Positions 30,106 through 40,496 of a stretch of DNA of 64,000 bases are shown piece after piece (position 1 is the first letter of the stretch; each line of letters begins with the position of its first letter). A program made the position numbers and the translations under genes. The notes beneath the pieces were generated by a model. That model was given only the letters and a program-made list of their open reading frames with translations, did no database searches and had not been told where the DNA came from. Source of the DNA: an uncultured Acidimicrobiia bacterium (lineage in GTDB: Bacteria; Actinomycetota; Acidimicrobiia; Spongiisociales; UBA5794); contig CAWBYA010000007.1 of assembly GCA_963792895.1 (NCBI GenBank), positions 986,305 to 1,050,304 on the forward strand, given 5' to 3'.

Positions 30106-31817
30106 CGACCCGGACCAGCTGGTCGGGTTTCTGCAGCGGCTCGCCGACCACACCGCCATGACACGCTGTGTCGACCTGTCCCCGCCGGTTCCCGCCGGGG
30201 TGGCGGTGCGGCGGGATGGGCGACCGATCACCGAACCGGCCACCACCCGGCTGCTCACCACCCAAACCATCCTCGACCAAGAAGACGGGCCTGCTGGAGT
30301 GGGCCGAGCAGCGACGGCGTCTCAGCAACAGCCTGCCGCCACGACCCGTCGCCGTCCCTGAGGGGTTGAGTGGGGGGCAGGTGGAGGTGTGTGCGGCGGT
30401 GGCCGGGTCGGGACCGTTGGAGTTGATCGTGGGTCCCGCCGGCACCGGGAAGACCACCGCCCTCACCCCCGCCGTCACCGCACTGAAACGTCAAGGCCGG
30501 GCTGTGTTCGGGGTGGCGCCCACGGCAGCCGCAGCGGAGGTCCTCGCTTCGGAAACCGGGATGGAGGCGGACACGGTGGACAAGTTCCTCTACGAACACA
30601 CCCGCCCCGACCGGCCCCCGGCTGCGCAGCTCGGGTTGGGGGTGGGGGCGACGGTGATCGTCGACGAGGCCGGCACCCTCTCCACCCCGAACCTCGCCGA
30701 GTTGGCGCGGCTCGCCGACCACCACCACTGGCGCATCGTCCTGGTGGGGGACCCGCGGCAGTTCTCCGCCGTGGGGCGGGGTGGCATGTTCAGCCACCTC
30801 ACCACCACCTACGGCGCCATCGAACTCGACCAAGTCCACCGCTTCACCCACCAGTGGGAGGGGGAGGCGTCGCTGCGGCTCCGCACCGGCGACCCGTCGG
30901 TGCTGGTCGAGTACGACCGCAGGGGACGTCTCCACGACGGCACCGCCCACGACATGGAGCGTGAGCTCGTGGAGGCGTGGCGGCAAGCCAGGGTCCGGGG
31001 CGAGTCGGTGGCGGTGATGGCCAACCGCACCGCCACCGTCACCCACCTCAACCGCCTCGCCCAATCCACACGCATCACGGACGGTGAACTCGACCCGCAC
31101 GGCCCGAGCCTCACCGTCGGCGACTACGAGTTGTTGGTGGGGGATGAGGTGGTGACCCGCCACAACCAACGCCGGCTACGCACCGACCGGGGGGTGATGG
31201 TCAAGAACCGCGACCACTTCACCATCACCACCATCCACGACGACCGCAGCCTTACCGTCACGGGCCGGAGCGGCACGGTGCGTCTCCCCGCCGGGTACGT
31301 GGCTCAACATGTGGAGTTGGGGTATGCCCAGACCAGTCACGCCACCCAAGGCCGCACCGTCGACACCGCCCTCCTCTACCTCGATGCTCCCACCGACACC
31401 CGCGGCGTCTACACCCCCATGACCCGAGGCCGACACGCCAATCACGCCTACGTCGTCACCGACGCCACCACGACCGCCGTCGACGTGCTCACCCAGAGCC
31501 TGGCACGGGACTGGATCGACCACCCCGCCCTGGCTCGCAGACAGCAGCTAGCGGTCGAGCCGGCGGCGGTGCCGGTGTGGTCGTCGCTGCAGACGGCCCG
31601 GCTCGACAGGACCCAGCAGCCGTCGCCGTACCGCACGGGACAGCAACCCGGTCCGGCCGAGCCTGGACCGGCTGAACGAGCCGGAGCACGAGCAGCGAGT
31701 CTGGCGGCGGCTCACCGAGATCCAACACCGAGCCGCAGAGCAGACTGCGGGCCGAGAAACCCTCGGCCTGGAACGCTGACCCAGCGCTCTGTCCGATTCC
31801 ACATATTGGTGTGGTAG
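30020..31817 (+). pseudogene. 5'-truncated, frameshifted MobF/TraA-type relaxase-helicase remnant
   Basis: Only the C-terminal helicase part is present (GPAGTGKTT; VLVGDPRQFSAVGRGGMF; GYAQTSHATQGRTVDT). Frame switches near 30290 (TILDQED/KKTGLLEWAEQRR). The relaxase N-domain is absent and the 5' end abuts the integrase. Confidence 0.65.
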
Positions 31818-32103
31818 TGCAGATTGCCGGTTCCCGCGCTGTCAAGGGCGCTCGATAACGTGCGCGGTGGTGGGTGTTATGGGCGCCCAGGTCGATAGCC
31901 GCGTCGCCAACCCCCCAAGGCTTCCAGATAGCCTGTGACGGTTGGCAGCCATCACCGGCGGCACCAGTCGACAAGCGGGGCAGCTAGCCAGTCAGGGGGA
32001 CTTCCACCGACTCAAAGGGCTGACGTCTGCCGACCCGAGGCGGGCGGTCGCTATCTTGCCTGGGTAGCTGCTGCTGCCAAGACCAAGTTGAGGTGACCGC
32101 GGG

Positions 32104-33201
32104 ATGTCCATGCGGCTTCCGCAGGATGTTGGTTCTCCGTCAAGGGGAGACCGGCGTGGTGTGCCAGACGCTCGGGATCTCAGTGGATCTGCTCGCGACT
32201 ACACGCTGGCGTACAGGGCGTTCCAGGAGAGCGGTGGCTTTGCGCTGAGGGCGGAGGCCCTGTGGGGCCTGATCGCGCGATGGCCAGAATCGCGCCCGGC
32301 TGTTGAGGATCTACTTCACTCGAACGACCATACGAGCATCGAGGATGCGGCTGGGATCCTGACTTGGGTGGGTTGTCCGGATGACCTGGTTGACGATCTG
32401 GTTGCGCTGCTTGGATCGTTGCCTGACAGTTCTGCCCTCGATTCGGTTCATGCTGCACTTCCCAGCGAGGTCACCGACACGCTGAACCTGGACGAGGATG
32501 GCCCAACCCAGCGTCTGACTATGGACGCGCTCCCTCTGGGCGGGGCGAAGGACCCATTCACGCAGCGAATCTGCTTCCTCGAGACGGACTTCGTGGCCGC
32601 CACCGCTGCGTTGAGCAAGTGGTTCGGTGAGGGACACGCAAGACCGCCCCGCCTCAAACGCGTACGCGGGTCTTTGGAGAAACTGCTAGATCGGTTGGAA
32701 CCATGGGAAATGCCGAACAGGCGGGACCTTGTCACAGAAACCGACGGCTCATGGACAGCGTTCTTTGACAAGGGTGGTTACGCCGCTCAGGTGCTTGCGC
32801 GACGGCTTGGCATCCGGTCTGTGGAGACAGTGTTTGCTCCCAATGTGACTTCTCAGGGCAGCATCATTCGCTATGGAGCGACGGTGTTCATCATCGAGGA
32901 CGGAGCGCGGGGAGGATACCCAGCGTCCGTGGTGCGCACCGTGCACGTTTCTCGCCAGCCCAGCCGATGGCAGGCAGACATCCGCGGCGAGGTCCAGCCA
33001 TTTGAGGACGTATCACGCTACGACCGACGTCTTGTCCGAGAGCGTTTCGACATAGAAGCCCTCAATGAGTATTGCGAAGCCATCGGAATCCGCCGCGCTG
33101 ACGCCAGCTTCTACGGGCCCCGCGGACTCCTACTGACCAAGCCGGCGATCGCACCAACAAAATCAATGCCGAGTGCGCAGTGGCGGGCGGAGCATTCGTG
33201 A
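32104..33201 (+). CDS. hypothetical protein (island cargo)
   Basis: 365-aa ORF; N-terminal region with HEAT/PBS-like alpha repeats by eye; no confident family. Confidence 0.4.
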   Translation: MSMRLPQDVGSPSRGDRRGVPDARDLSGSARDYTLAYRAFQESGGFALRAEALWGLIARWPESRPAVEDLLHSNDHTSIEDAAGILTWVGCPDDLVDDLVALLGSLPDSSALDSVHAALPSEVTDTLNLDEDGPTQRLTMDALPLGGAKDPFTQRICFLETDFVAATAALSKWFGEGHARPPRLKRVRGSLEKLLDRLEPWEMPNRRDLVTETDGSWTAFFDKGGYAAQVLARRLGIRSVETVFAPNVTSQGSIIRYGATVFIIEDGARGGYPASVVRTVHVSRQPSRWQADIRGEVQPFEDVSRYDRRLVRERFDIEALNEYCEAIGIRRADASFYGPRGLLLTKPAIAPTKSMPSAQWRAEHS

Positions 33202-33317
33202 GCTCGGGAGGAGCTTGCTTCTCCGGTCAGCACCCCTGGCCTTCCGCCCAGATCACCGAATCCCGGGCAAGAAAGAACCTCACTTCGATTATCCGGGATC
33301 GGCACCTCGAGGATCGG

Positions 33318-33827
33318 CTATTCGGTGCTGGTGTCGAGGGCGCTGGCAATGTCGCTCATCTTCTGGACAAGGCGGTTCGGGTTCTCTGGGATGGGAGTGA
33401 AGCCGTGGTGTTCGTAGAAGGCGGCCGCGATTGCGCTGATGGCGTCGACCACGACGAGTCGCGCTGCGGCGATATCGGAGGCGGCTCGTGCTCGTGTGAG
33501 CGCATCCCATAGGAGCTCACCTCCCAGTCCCTCGCCGTGGAGTCCAACGTCGAGGGCGAGCCGGGCCAGCATCACCGCCGGTATCGAGGTGGGTGATCCC
33601 CGCCCGAGGTTCTTGGGAAGTTCGCCGCGGACCACCAGGTGTGCGGCGAGGCTGAAGTACCCAACAACGCGGTCATCACCGCGCTGCCACACGAAGGTCT
33701 GGGCGGTGCGCATCGCCTGAGCGTGGGTGGCGTGGTCGATCAGCCACCGGTCGAGGGCCTCGACCCCGCAGCGAAAATCATCGAGTTGGTGATGCGGGGC
33801 AAGCCGCTCGGAGACGTATCGCGTCAC
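33318..33827 (-). CDS. GNAT-family acetyltransferase toxin (TacT/KacT/AtaT-like)
   Basis: GNAT fold (VVGYFSLAAHLV...LARLALDVGLHGEGLGGELLWDAL) immediately downstream of a DUF1778 gene with a 3-nt gap. Confidence 0.7.
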   Translation of the reverse strand: MTRYVSERLAPHHQLDDFRCGVEALDRWLIDHATHAQAMRTAQTFVWQRGDDRVVGYFSLAAHLVVRGELPKNLGRGSPTSIPAVMLARLALDVGLHGEGLGGELLWDALTRARAASDIAAARLVVVDAISAIAAAFYEHHGFTPIPENPNRLVQKMSDIASALDTSTE

Positions 33828-33830
33828 CGG

Positions 33831-34106
33831 TCAGCGCTGATCGACTCGCCGTCGGGCCTGGGCTCGCCGTTGCAGGGCCGCGCTCGGCACAGCCGGCGCA
33901 TCGAGAGCGTCCCAGAGTTGGTCGAAGAAGTCGGACGGCACCACCGTGGCCGAAGCCGACGCAATGACCTCCTCGGCGCGTTCCGCTGCGGCGCCGAGCA
34001 CGAAGGCGCTCACCGATTGGTGCTCCAGCTCGGCGGCGTAACGAATACGTCGCTCACGTTCGGGGTCGGCGCGTAGTTCGATTCGAGAGGTACGTGTTCC
34101 TGCCAT
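33831..34106 (-). CDS. DUF1778 (RHH) antitoxin of the GNAT toxin-antitoxin pair
   Basis: RIELRADPERERRIRYAAELEHQSVSAFVLGAAAERAEEVI is the canonical DUF1778/TacA pattern. Confidence 0.7.
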   Translation of the reverse strand: MAGTRTSRIELRADPERERRIRYAAELEHQSVSAFVLGAAAERAEEVIASASATVVPSDFFDQLWDALDAPAVPSAALQRRAQARRRVDQR

Positions 34107-34261
34107 CTGTACGGCGATTGTACGGTACGACGAGGAGGAATGGAACCCCCTTCGGCCAAGCCGATCACCCCATCCCGGACGAGAACACCCGCAACGCGGA
34201 ATAGCGCCGATCGAGGCACGTCGGCGTGCGCGCTGTCGAGCCTGTGGGATGATGGTGCGAG

Positions 34262-34606
34262 ATGAACTCAGCCGAGGAGCTCAGGGGATATCACGTCGTC
34301 GAGGTCGGCGTTCGGCAAGCGTGGCCGTTTCTCACGTTCTGCAGTCAGAGCGGTGATCGGGAAATCCGGCTCTACTTGGACTCTGATATGCGGGTCTCGC
34401 CGGTTCAGTCAGCTTGGGTGTCTCAGTCATCGGCCGCTGCGATCTCGGCACTGCACTACCTGAACATGCAGACCGTAGACAAGCTGCACGTGGGATCGGA
34501 TGGGTCTCTCCGGATTTCCTTCCTGGATGAACACAGACTCGAGGTGCGGGGGGAAGCCAACGCTGAGACATCCGGCGACGTGTGGTGGCTAGGCGCTGAG
34601 AACTAG
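34262..34606 (+). CDS. hypothetical protein
   Basis: 114-aa ORF, no family recognised; followed by ~640 bp of lower-GC non-coding DNA. Confidence 0.3.
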   Translation: MNSAEELRGYHVVEVGVRQAWPFLTFCSQSGDREIRLYLDSDMRVSPVQSAWVSQSSAAAISALHYLNMQTVDKLHVGSDGSLRISFLDEHRLEVRGEANAETSGDVWWLGAEN

Positions 34607-35252
34607 CGCCGATCACCAGATCCCGGTCGATATCACGCCGAGCGCCAAACCACGCCGAACGGCACTTCGAGGAGCGCCTGCCTCTCGTCGGGTCGTCACT
34701 GAGCGTGGTGCTCACCCATCGCCACGTTCTGTAGCCAGCGAAGTGCAACAACATGCCGGTTCCCGGACGCCGGCGGGTGCGCGATATCGTCCCCGGCTGC
34801 GATTGGTCTGCGCTCGTATCGGAAGCATGACGTCACGAACGTGTGAGAGGATGTTCGCTCGGTGACATATGACGGCTGGCCGACCTCCTGGCAGCCCCCG
34901 AGCGAAGCGTCGCATTGCGAATGGTAGGCGATCCGGACCATCTTGGCCCTTCGTGTCTTGTCGGCTTACGGCCGTTCCCCGAGGTAACTGCTTCCGTCGA
35001 ACTTCGATGTCTGCCACCACGCCGATCACAGATACGTTCCGACAGACCTACTCGGCGCAAGATCCGTTGATCCGATGCTGGAACTGACGGTGGTTACCGA
35101 CGTGGCAACGATTGTGGACCTTGCGGGTCCGGGCCGGTATGGGTCTGCTTTCACCCCTCGATCTGCGACCGTTGTGATACTCCATCGTCCGTCCGGCTTG
35201 GCGTCACAACGCCCTACGCTTGGCAAGCGGGAAGAAGACGGATGAGCGGCTC

Positions 35253-36323
35253 ATGACCAAAGCGGAGAAGTGGCGCATTGTCATACGTATCGGTGCTTTC
35301 ACTGCGCCGCCGGGTGCGCTGATCGGTGTCGTTCTTGGCTACCTTCTCGGCGGCGGTGACGTGCGCTCGATGGCGTCGGGAGCGCTCATCGGGTTTCTTA
35401 TCTCGATCGGGATGGTCGCCTTCGAAGTGAGTTGGGCGGTCGGGCTCATACCCCGCCGGTGGAGGGAAGCGCCGTTCCTTGTCGTGCTGTTCACGAGGAG
35501 TCTCGTGTGGCTGGGGATCATCGTGGTCGGGATCAGCCTGCCGCTGCTCACGGTGGCGAACGTGCCGTTGGACGAGCTCGTCGATCCGACCTTCACAGCG
35601 ACGGTGCTCGTCACCTTCGTGGCGGCACTGGTCGGCAACTTCGTCGGGCAGGTAAATCGCCTGCTGGGCCGCGGCGTGCTGGTGCGGCTGATCCTCGGCC
35701 GGTACCACCGGCCCCGTGAGGAGAACCGAATCTTCCTCCTCGTCGACTTGAAGGGCTCCACCCAGATCGCCGAACGGCTCGGCAACCTCCGCTATCACAC
35801 CTTTCTCAAGCGGTTCATCGACGACGCCACTCACAGCGCCGAACGCCACGGCGCCGAGGTGCACCGCTACGTGGGCGACGAGGTGATCTTTACGTGGATC
35901 GAGCGCAGAGGCGTCGCCGATGCTGCGTGCGTGCGGGCGGTCTTCGCGATCGTCGACGCATTCGATGCGGTAGCCGACGAGTACATCGATGCGTTCGGTG
36001 TCGTCCCCTCCATCTGGGCGGGCCTCCATCTCGGCACCGTCGTGACCGGCGACATCGGCTCGGTCAAGCACGAGATCGCCTACCTCGGTGACACGCTCAA
36101 CACAGCGGCGCGGATCGAGCAAGCGTGTAGAGAGTTCCAGCGGCCGTTCCTCGCCTCGGCAGACGTCATCGACGCCGTCGAGCTTCCACCCGACGTGCAG
36201 GCGGAGAGCCTTGGCCCCATCGATCTGCGCGGCAAACGCACATCTGTCGAGCTGCTGGCCGTGGCCCGTGTGACTGCGTCCTGGCGCGACGCCTCGGCGA
36301 AGCAGAAGACTGAATCGCCCTAG
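35253..36323 (+). CDS. membrane-anchored class III adenylate/guanylate cyclase
   Basis: About 4-5 N-terminal TM helices, then a CHD domain: FLLVDLKGSTQIAERLG...RYVGDEVIFTW...HLGTVVTGDIGSVKHEIAYLGDTLNTAARIEQ. Confidence 0.8.
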   Translation: MTKAEKWRIVIRIGAFTAPPGALIGVVLGYLLGGGDVRSMASGALIGFLISIGMVAFEVSWAVGLIPRRWREAPFLVVLFTRSLVWLGIIVVGISLPLLTVANVPLDELVDPTFTATVLVTFVAALVGNFVGQVNRLLGRGVLVRLILGRYHRPREENRIFLLVDLKGSTQIAERLGNLRYHTFLKRFIDDATHSAERHGAEVHRYVGDEVIFTWIERRGVADAACVRAVFAIVDAFDAVADEYIDAFGVVPSIWAGLHLGTVVTGDIGSVKHEIAYLGDTLNTAARIEQACREFQRPFLASADVIDAVELPPDVQAESLGPIDLRGKRTSVELLAVARVTASWRDASAKQKTESP

Positions 36324-36536
36324 CTGTTATCGCGACCAAGCGCCCGCACAAGGGCGACGAACACCAAACGAGCCCGCCCGAGATCACCAAATCGGGTACA
36401 CGAACGAGCAGTTCACCGAGTGTCCGAGATCGGCACCTCGGCGTGCGGTGATGACTCGGTACCGCGGGGACTGCGTCGCCTCGCCATTCCCGCTGGTCAG
36501 AGCGACGGGTGTCGACCTCTGCACTACGATCGCCAT

Positions 36537-37091
36537 GTGGCTAGCGCCTCCACGGGTTCGTTCAGTCTTGGGGATATCGCGGCTCTGGTCATCGCCGTCC
36601 TGGCACTGTTGTTCACAGTCGGATCGTTCTGGTGGCTAAACGCGAGGGCGGGGAGGCTGACACTGGCCACTCCACGGACGTATGCCTACGCGGGTCCGGC
36701 AGGGACGTTGCGACTCCGGTTCCCGCTCACGTTCTACAACACAGGTGCTCGGGATCTGATCGTCGAGGACTTGCGTGTCACATCCGCCGACTTCCCGGCG
36801 GATCTCCGCTGGATCACAACACGGACAAGCATCAAACCTCAGACAGAGGACGGGCATGAGTTCGCTAGGCCTTTTGCGGTCCGCGGGCGTTCCACCACCG
36901 AAGTCATCGCTGAGTTCGGAGACGACAGGTGGGAATGGAGGCCAGAGCCAGGCGCCGAGCATCGCGTCACAATCGAAGGCCGCCTCGCTCAAGCCGCGGA
37001 CTGGAAACAGATCATGTCGTTCTCGTGGTGGGCTCCCGCTGAGAATCGGGATGTCTACATCGCGCATCGAAACGAGCCGAAGGTCGGATGA
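36537..37091 (+). CDS. hypothetical single-TM protein
   Basis: TM segment IAALVIAVLALLFTVGSFWWL followed by a ~160-aa domain; no family recognised; start uncertain. Confidence 0.4.
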   Translation: MASASTGSFSLGDIAALVIAVLALLFTVGSFWWLNARAGRLTLATPRTYAYAGPAGTLRLRFPLTFYNTGARDLIVEDLRVTSADFPADLRWITTRTSIKPQTEDGHEFARPFAVRGRSTTEVIAEFGDDRWEWRPEPGAEHRVTIEGRLAQAADWKQIMSFSWWAPAENRDVYIAHRNEPKVG

Positions 37092-37607
37092 AGACGGCTG
37101 CGGCCGTTGGTGCGAAGCGCGCTTGCCATTCACGCACCGCACATAGCAACAATCCGGGCGGATAGCGATAGTCTCGGCAGTCAATCGGTATCGGCATCAA
37201 GTAGGCGCTTGCTACGCCGGTCGCTCGCTCGGCCGTTATTGCAGCCACCCCCTTGACTGTGAGTATTCGGTGAGCAGCCGAGCCCAACGTGTGCTGGGCT
37301 GGTGCAGGTCCGGGTTGTCCACCGCTCCGACGCCGGGCCAGACAACGCCGCCATACTCGGCGGGCCCGTCCAGCCTGCTGTAAGCGCGAAGTGACTCCCA
37401 GCACTCCGGTACCCCGGACATCGACGGGCAGCTCAACCCGGAGATCACGCACGGCTCCGTCTGTGCGGTCTGTCTCGAGCGGGCGGTCCGCAACGCCAAC
37501 TTCCTAACTCGGTGGCGATTACGGCGAGCGCTGTGTGGCAGAATCGAGCCGTGGCCACTCACGACGTAGACACGGCACCGACCAAGGATCGAGACTCTGT
37601 GCCCAGC

Positions 37608-37883
37608 ATGGCGATGCTTCGCAGTCAGCGGGCTGAGATCCTCGCGGCGGCTGCCAAGTACGGTGCGTCGAATGTCCGGGTCTTCGGGTCGGTCGTCCGT
37701 GGCGAGGCACATCTCGGAAGCGATGTCGACGTGCTGGTCGACCTTGAGGAGGGGCGCAGCCTCCTCGACCTCGCCGGGCTCCATCTGGAGCTCGAGGCGC
37801 TCCTCGGCGTGCCGGTCGAGATCGGCACCGACGTGAAGCCTCGGTTCCGGGAGCGGGTCGCGACAGAGGCGATCAGGTTGTGA
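37608..37883 (+). CDS. mnt: nucleotidyltransferase (MNT) antitoxin
   Basis: ...VRVFGSVVRGEAHLGSDVDVLVDL is the Pol-beta-type NTase motif (GS...DxD). GTGA overlap with the downstream HepT. Confidence 0.7.
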   Translation: MAMLRSQRAEILAAAAKYGASNVRVFGSVVRGEAHLGSDVDVLVDLEEGRSLLDLAGLHLELEALLGVPVEIGTDVKPRFRERVATEAIRL

Positions 37884-38215
37884 ATCGAGACCGGGACTTC
37901 CTGCTCGACGTCGTTGAACTGATCGAGACCATTTAGCGATACCGTCCGATGACCGAAGATGAGTTCGTCAGCGACGAGGTGCTGTTCACCGCCGTGGTTC
38001 ATTGGGTGCAGACGATCGGCGAGGCTGCCAACGGGGTTTCCGAGGAGGTTCGCCGGCGCCACCCCGATGTGCCGTGGCGTGAGATCGTGGACATGAGGAA
38101 TCTCCTGGCACATGGCTATCGATACGTCGATCCGGCGATCGTGTGGCAGGTTGTCGTGCGCGATCTTCCCCCGCTCGAGGAGCAGCTGCGGCAGATCCTC
38201 GACGGCCTCGAGTAG
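37880..38215 (+). pseudogene. hepT: HepT (DUF86) toxin with in-frame TAG at codon 18 (37934..37936)
   Basis: GTG-NRDRDFLLDVVELIETI-TAG-RYRP-MTEDEFVSDEVLFTAVVHWVQTIGEAANGVSEEVRRRHPDVPWREIVDMRNLLAHGY... is one frame with a single amber codon. The R(x)4HxY motif is intact. Confidence 0.6.
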
Positions 38216-38383
38216 CTGTCACGAGCCCATGCGACTCGCCGTTCTTCTAGCGGGTCTTCTAACGGACGGGGCGTCACGAGGCGATATTCACGGGCACCGG
38301 CCATCACGCCGATCCGGTCGAAACCTTTGGTGCTAAACGCTATTGGGCAATGACGCGAGACGACGCGAAACCCCGGGGAGCAA

Positions 38384-38431
38384 CTCATAACCCGAAGGTC
38401 GCGGGTTCAAATCCCGCCCCCGCTACGAACG
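38384..38431 (+). repeat. attR: partial tRNA-fMet 3' copy (48 bp) followed by its own hairpin
   Basis: Identical 48 bp to 27615..27662; followed by aaacccgttgcactgcaacgggttt. Confidence 0.75.
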
Positions 38432-38770
38432 AAACCCGTTGCACTGCAACGGGTTTCGGCGTTTCCGGGCCCTAGACGCTCTGAGCGCGCTCCCAGCTGA
38501 CGCTACCGCGGCATCGGCGGCTCATGCGCCACGACGCAAGGCTTTGGCCCAATCCCGATAACGTCTTGCTAGCGCCGAATGCGGGATTGCATTCGCCAGG
38601 CGGGCATCGGTGTCATCGGTGTCGTCGCGGTGTCGTCGCGGCATCGCAATGACCGGACCACGCTTCCTCGGTCTTCTTGTTTCTGCGCTTGTCGTCCCTC
38701 ATCCAATCCGATCAAGACCGAATGCTGGTCCAGCTCTCTGCTATCGACCACTGCGCTCACCGGCCCTGCG

Positions 38771-39562
38771 TCACAGCTCCGTCCGGTTCCACTTCCAGAA
38801 GGCAACGCCGGTGAACACCACACATGCGAGGAGTGTGGAGACGATCGCGCCTGGCGCCGGATTCGGCTCTGCTCCGATTAGGGCTCCAATGACCGAATTG
38901 TCGGCTTCACCGGCGGCGGCAACCAGACGCCAGGGGAGGATCTCTCCGAGCCCGGGCAGGGCGGCGAAGAGCTGTTGCCCGAAGGCGAACGCCAGGGGTA
39001 TGGCGATGACGGTACCGGCGTTGTCGAAGACTGTGCCGAGCATCAGGGTCAGCGTCAGGTAGAACAGCAGGTTCAGGCCCGCGACGGACGAACCCAAAGC
39101 GAACCTCGACACGGAAACGTCTATTCCTCCCGCCTGCATCTGGACGAAGAGCACGACCGAGGGGATGGCGATCATCGTGGCGAGCACTCCCACGGCGTTC
39201 GGGACCAGCCTGGAAAGGATGAACGCCGGTCGTGACACCGGCTTGGAGTGGATCCATGCCGCGGTCCCGCTTCGCTTCTCGCCGACGATTGACTCCTGCA
39301 TGAGAATCGCCACCGCGATCGCGGCGAACATTGTCATCACCCCGAAGAGGTCGAATACGCTCACGTCATCGGGGGCCTCGCCCCAAATGACCACGGCAAC
39401 AGAGCCGTTTATGACCGCCGTCCACAGCAGTGCCTGAATCCACCAGGCACTGGTCTTCCACCAGGACCCGAATCCGACGCCAATCAGACTGGAGAGGCCG
39501 GAACGCCAGCCCCTCTCGTCCAGCCTTCGAAGCCGCGCCGCCATGCTGTCACTCGTCGTCAT
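38771..39562 (-). CDS. ABC-2 type transporter permease
   Basis: 6-TM ABC-2 permease topology; overlaps the upstream ATPase by 14 nt. Confidence 0.65.
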   Translation of the reverse strand: MTTSDSMAARLRRLDERGWRSGLSSLIGVGFGSWWKTSAWWIQALLWTAVINGSVAVVIWGEAPDDVSVFDLFGVMTMFAAIAVAILMQESIVGEKRSGTAAWIHSKPVSRPAFILSRLVPNAVGVLATMIAIPSVVLFVQMQAGGIDVSVSRFALGSSVAGLNLLFYLTLTLMLGTVFDNAGTVIAIPLAFAFGQQLFAALPGLGEILPWRLVAAAGEADNSVIGALIGAEPNPAPGAIVSTLLACVVFTGVAFWKWNRTEL

Positions 39563-40496
39563 GAGCGTCTCCTTCCACCAGCTCGACGAATACGTCCTCG
39601 AGGTTTGCCGAGATTGGTGCGAACTCCTTGACGATCATGTCCTCGTCGGAGAGGAGCAGACGTTGAAGTCTCGCCTGGGCGACATCAGAGTCGGTGACCG
39701 TCACACTGAGCTTGGTCCCGCCGTCGGACACAACCACTTCGGACACCCAGGGCTGTTCCAGCAGCATCGACCTTGCCGACTGGGCGTCGCCGTCGATCAT
39801 CACGGAATAGACGATGTCCGTTCCACCTCTGAGGATCTCGCCAATCGGTCCTTGGGCAACAACCCGTCCCTTCCTGAGAATGCACACCGTGTCCGAGACC
39901 CGCTGGACGTCGTCGAGGATGTGGGTCGAGTAGAAGACCGTCGACTTCTCCGTGAACCTCCCGAGAACCTCGAGAACGTCACGGCGACCGAGCGGGTCAA
40001 GAGCAGCTGCCGGCTCATCGAGAATGAGCAGGTCTGGCTCATGGATCTGAGCCTGAGCTATCCCGAGACGCTGCACCTCGCCACCTGAGAAGGACTTGAT
40101 CGGTCGATCGGCTTTGTCTGCGATGCCAACGAGCTCGAGCATCTCACCGACCCGGACGGCGATGCCTGACTTCGGACCCGAGTAGAAGAACCCAGCCGCA
40201 AATGTGAGGGTCTCACGGGCAGTCATGTGCGGATAGAAGCGAGGCTCCTGAGGCAGATATCCGACTCTCCGTCTTACCTCCGCGCTGTCAGCAACTATGT
40301 CCAACCCGAAGGCAGATCCTGACCCCGAGCTCGGCCGGATCAGGCCGAGAACCATCTTCATGGTCGTCGTCTTCCCAGCCCCGTTCGGGCCGAGAAAGCC
40401 GTAGACCGAACACTCTGGGACCATCAGATCGATGCCATCGACTACCGGGACGCCGTCGTATTCCTTTGTGAGCCCTTGCGTACGTAAGGCGAACAT
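39549..40496 (-). CDS. ABC transporter ATP-binding protein
   Basis: Walker A GPNGAGKTT, signature FSGGEVQRLGIA, Walker B LLILDEP. Confidence 0.85.
   Translation of the reverse strand: MFALRTQGLTKEYDGVPVVDGIDLMVPECSVYGFLGPNGAGKTTTMKMVLGLIRPSSGSGSAFGLDIVADSAEVRRRVGYLPQEPRFYPHMTARETLTFAAGFFYSGPKSGIAVRVGEMLELVGIADKADRPIKSFSGGEVQRLGIAQAQIHEPDLLILDEPAAALDPLGRRDVLEVLGRFTEKSTVFYSTHILDDVQRVSDTVCILRKGRVVAQGPIGEILRGGTDIVYSVMIDGDAQSARSMLLEQPWVSEVVVSDGGTKLSVTVTDSDVAQARLQRLLLSDEDMIVKEFAPISANLEDVFVELVEGDAHDDE

Noticed and set aside
35253-37091. Pycsar/CBASS-like antiphage cyclase system
   Set aside because: The cyclase is a canonical membrane CHD adenylate/guanylate cyclase, and the neighbouring protein shows no cNMP-binding (FGE..L / RTA) motif, TIR domain or other effector domain. 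The idea is kept only as a low-probability note.
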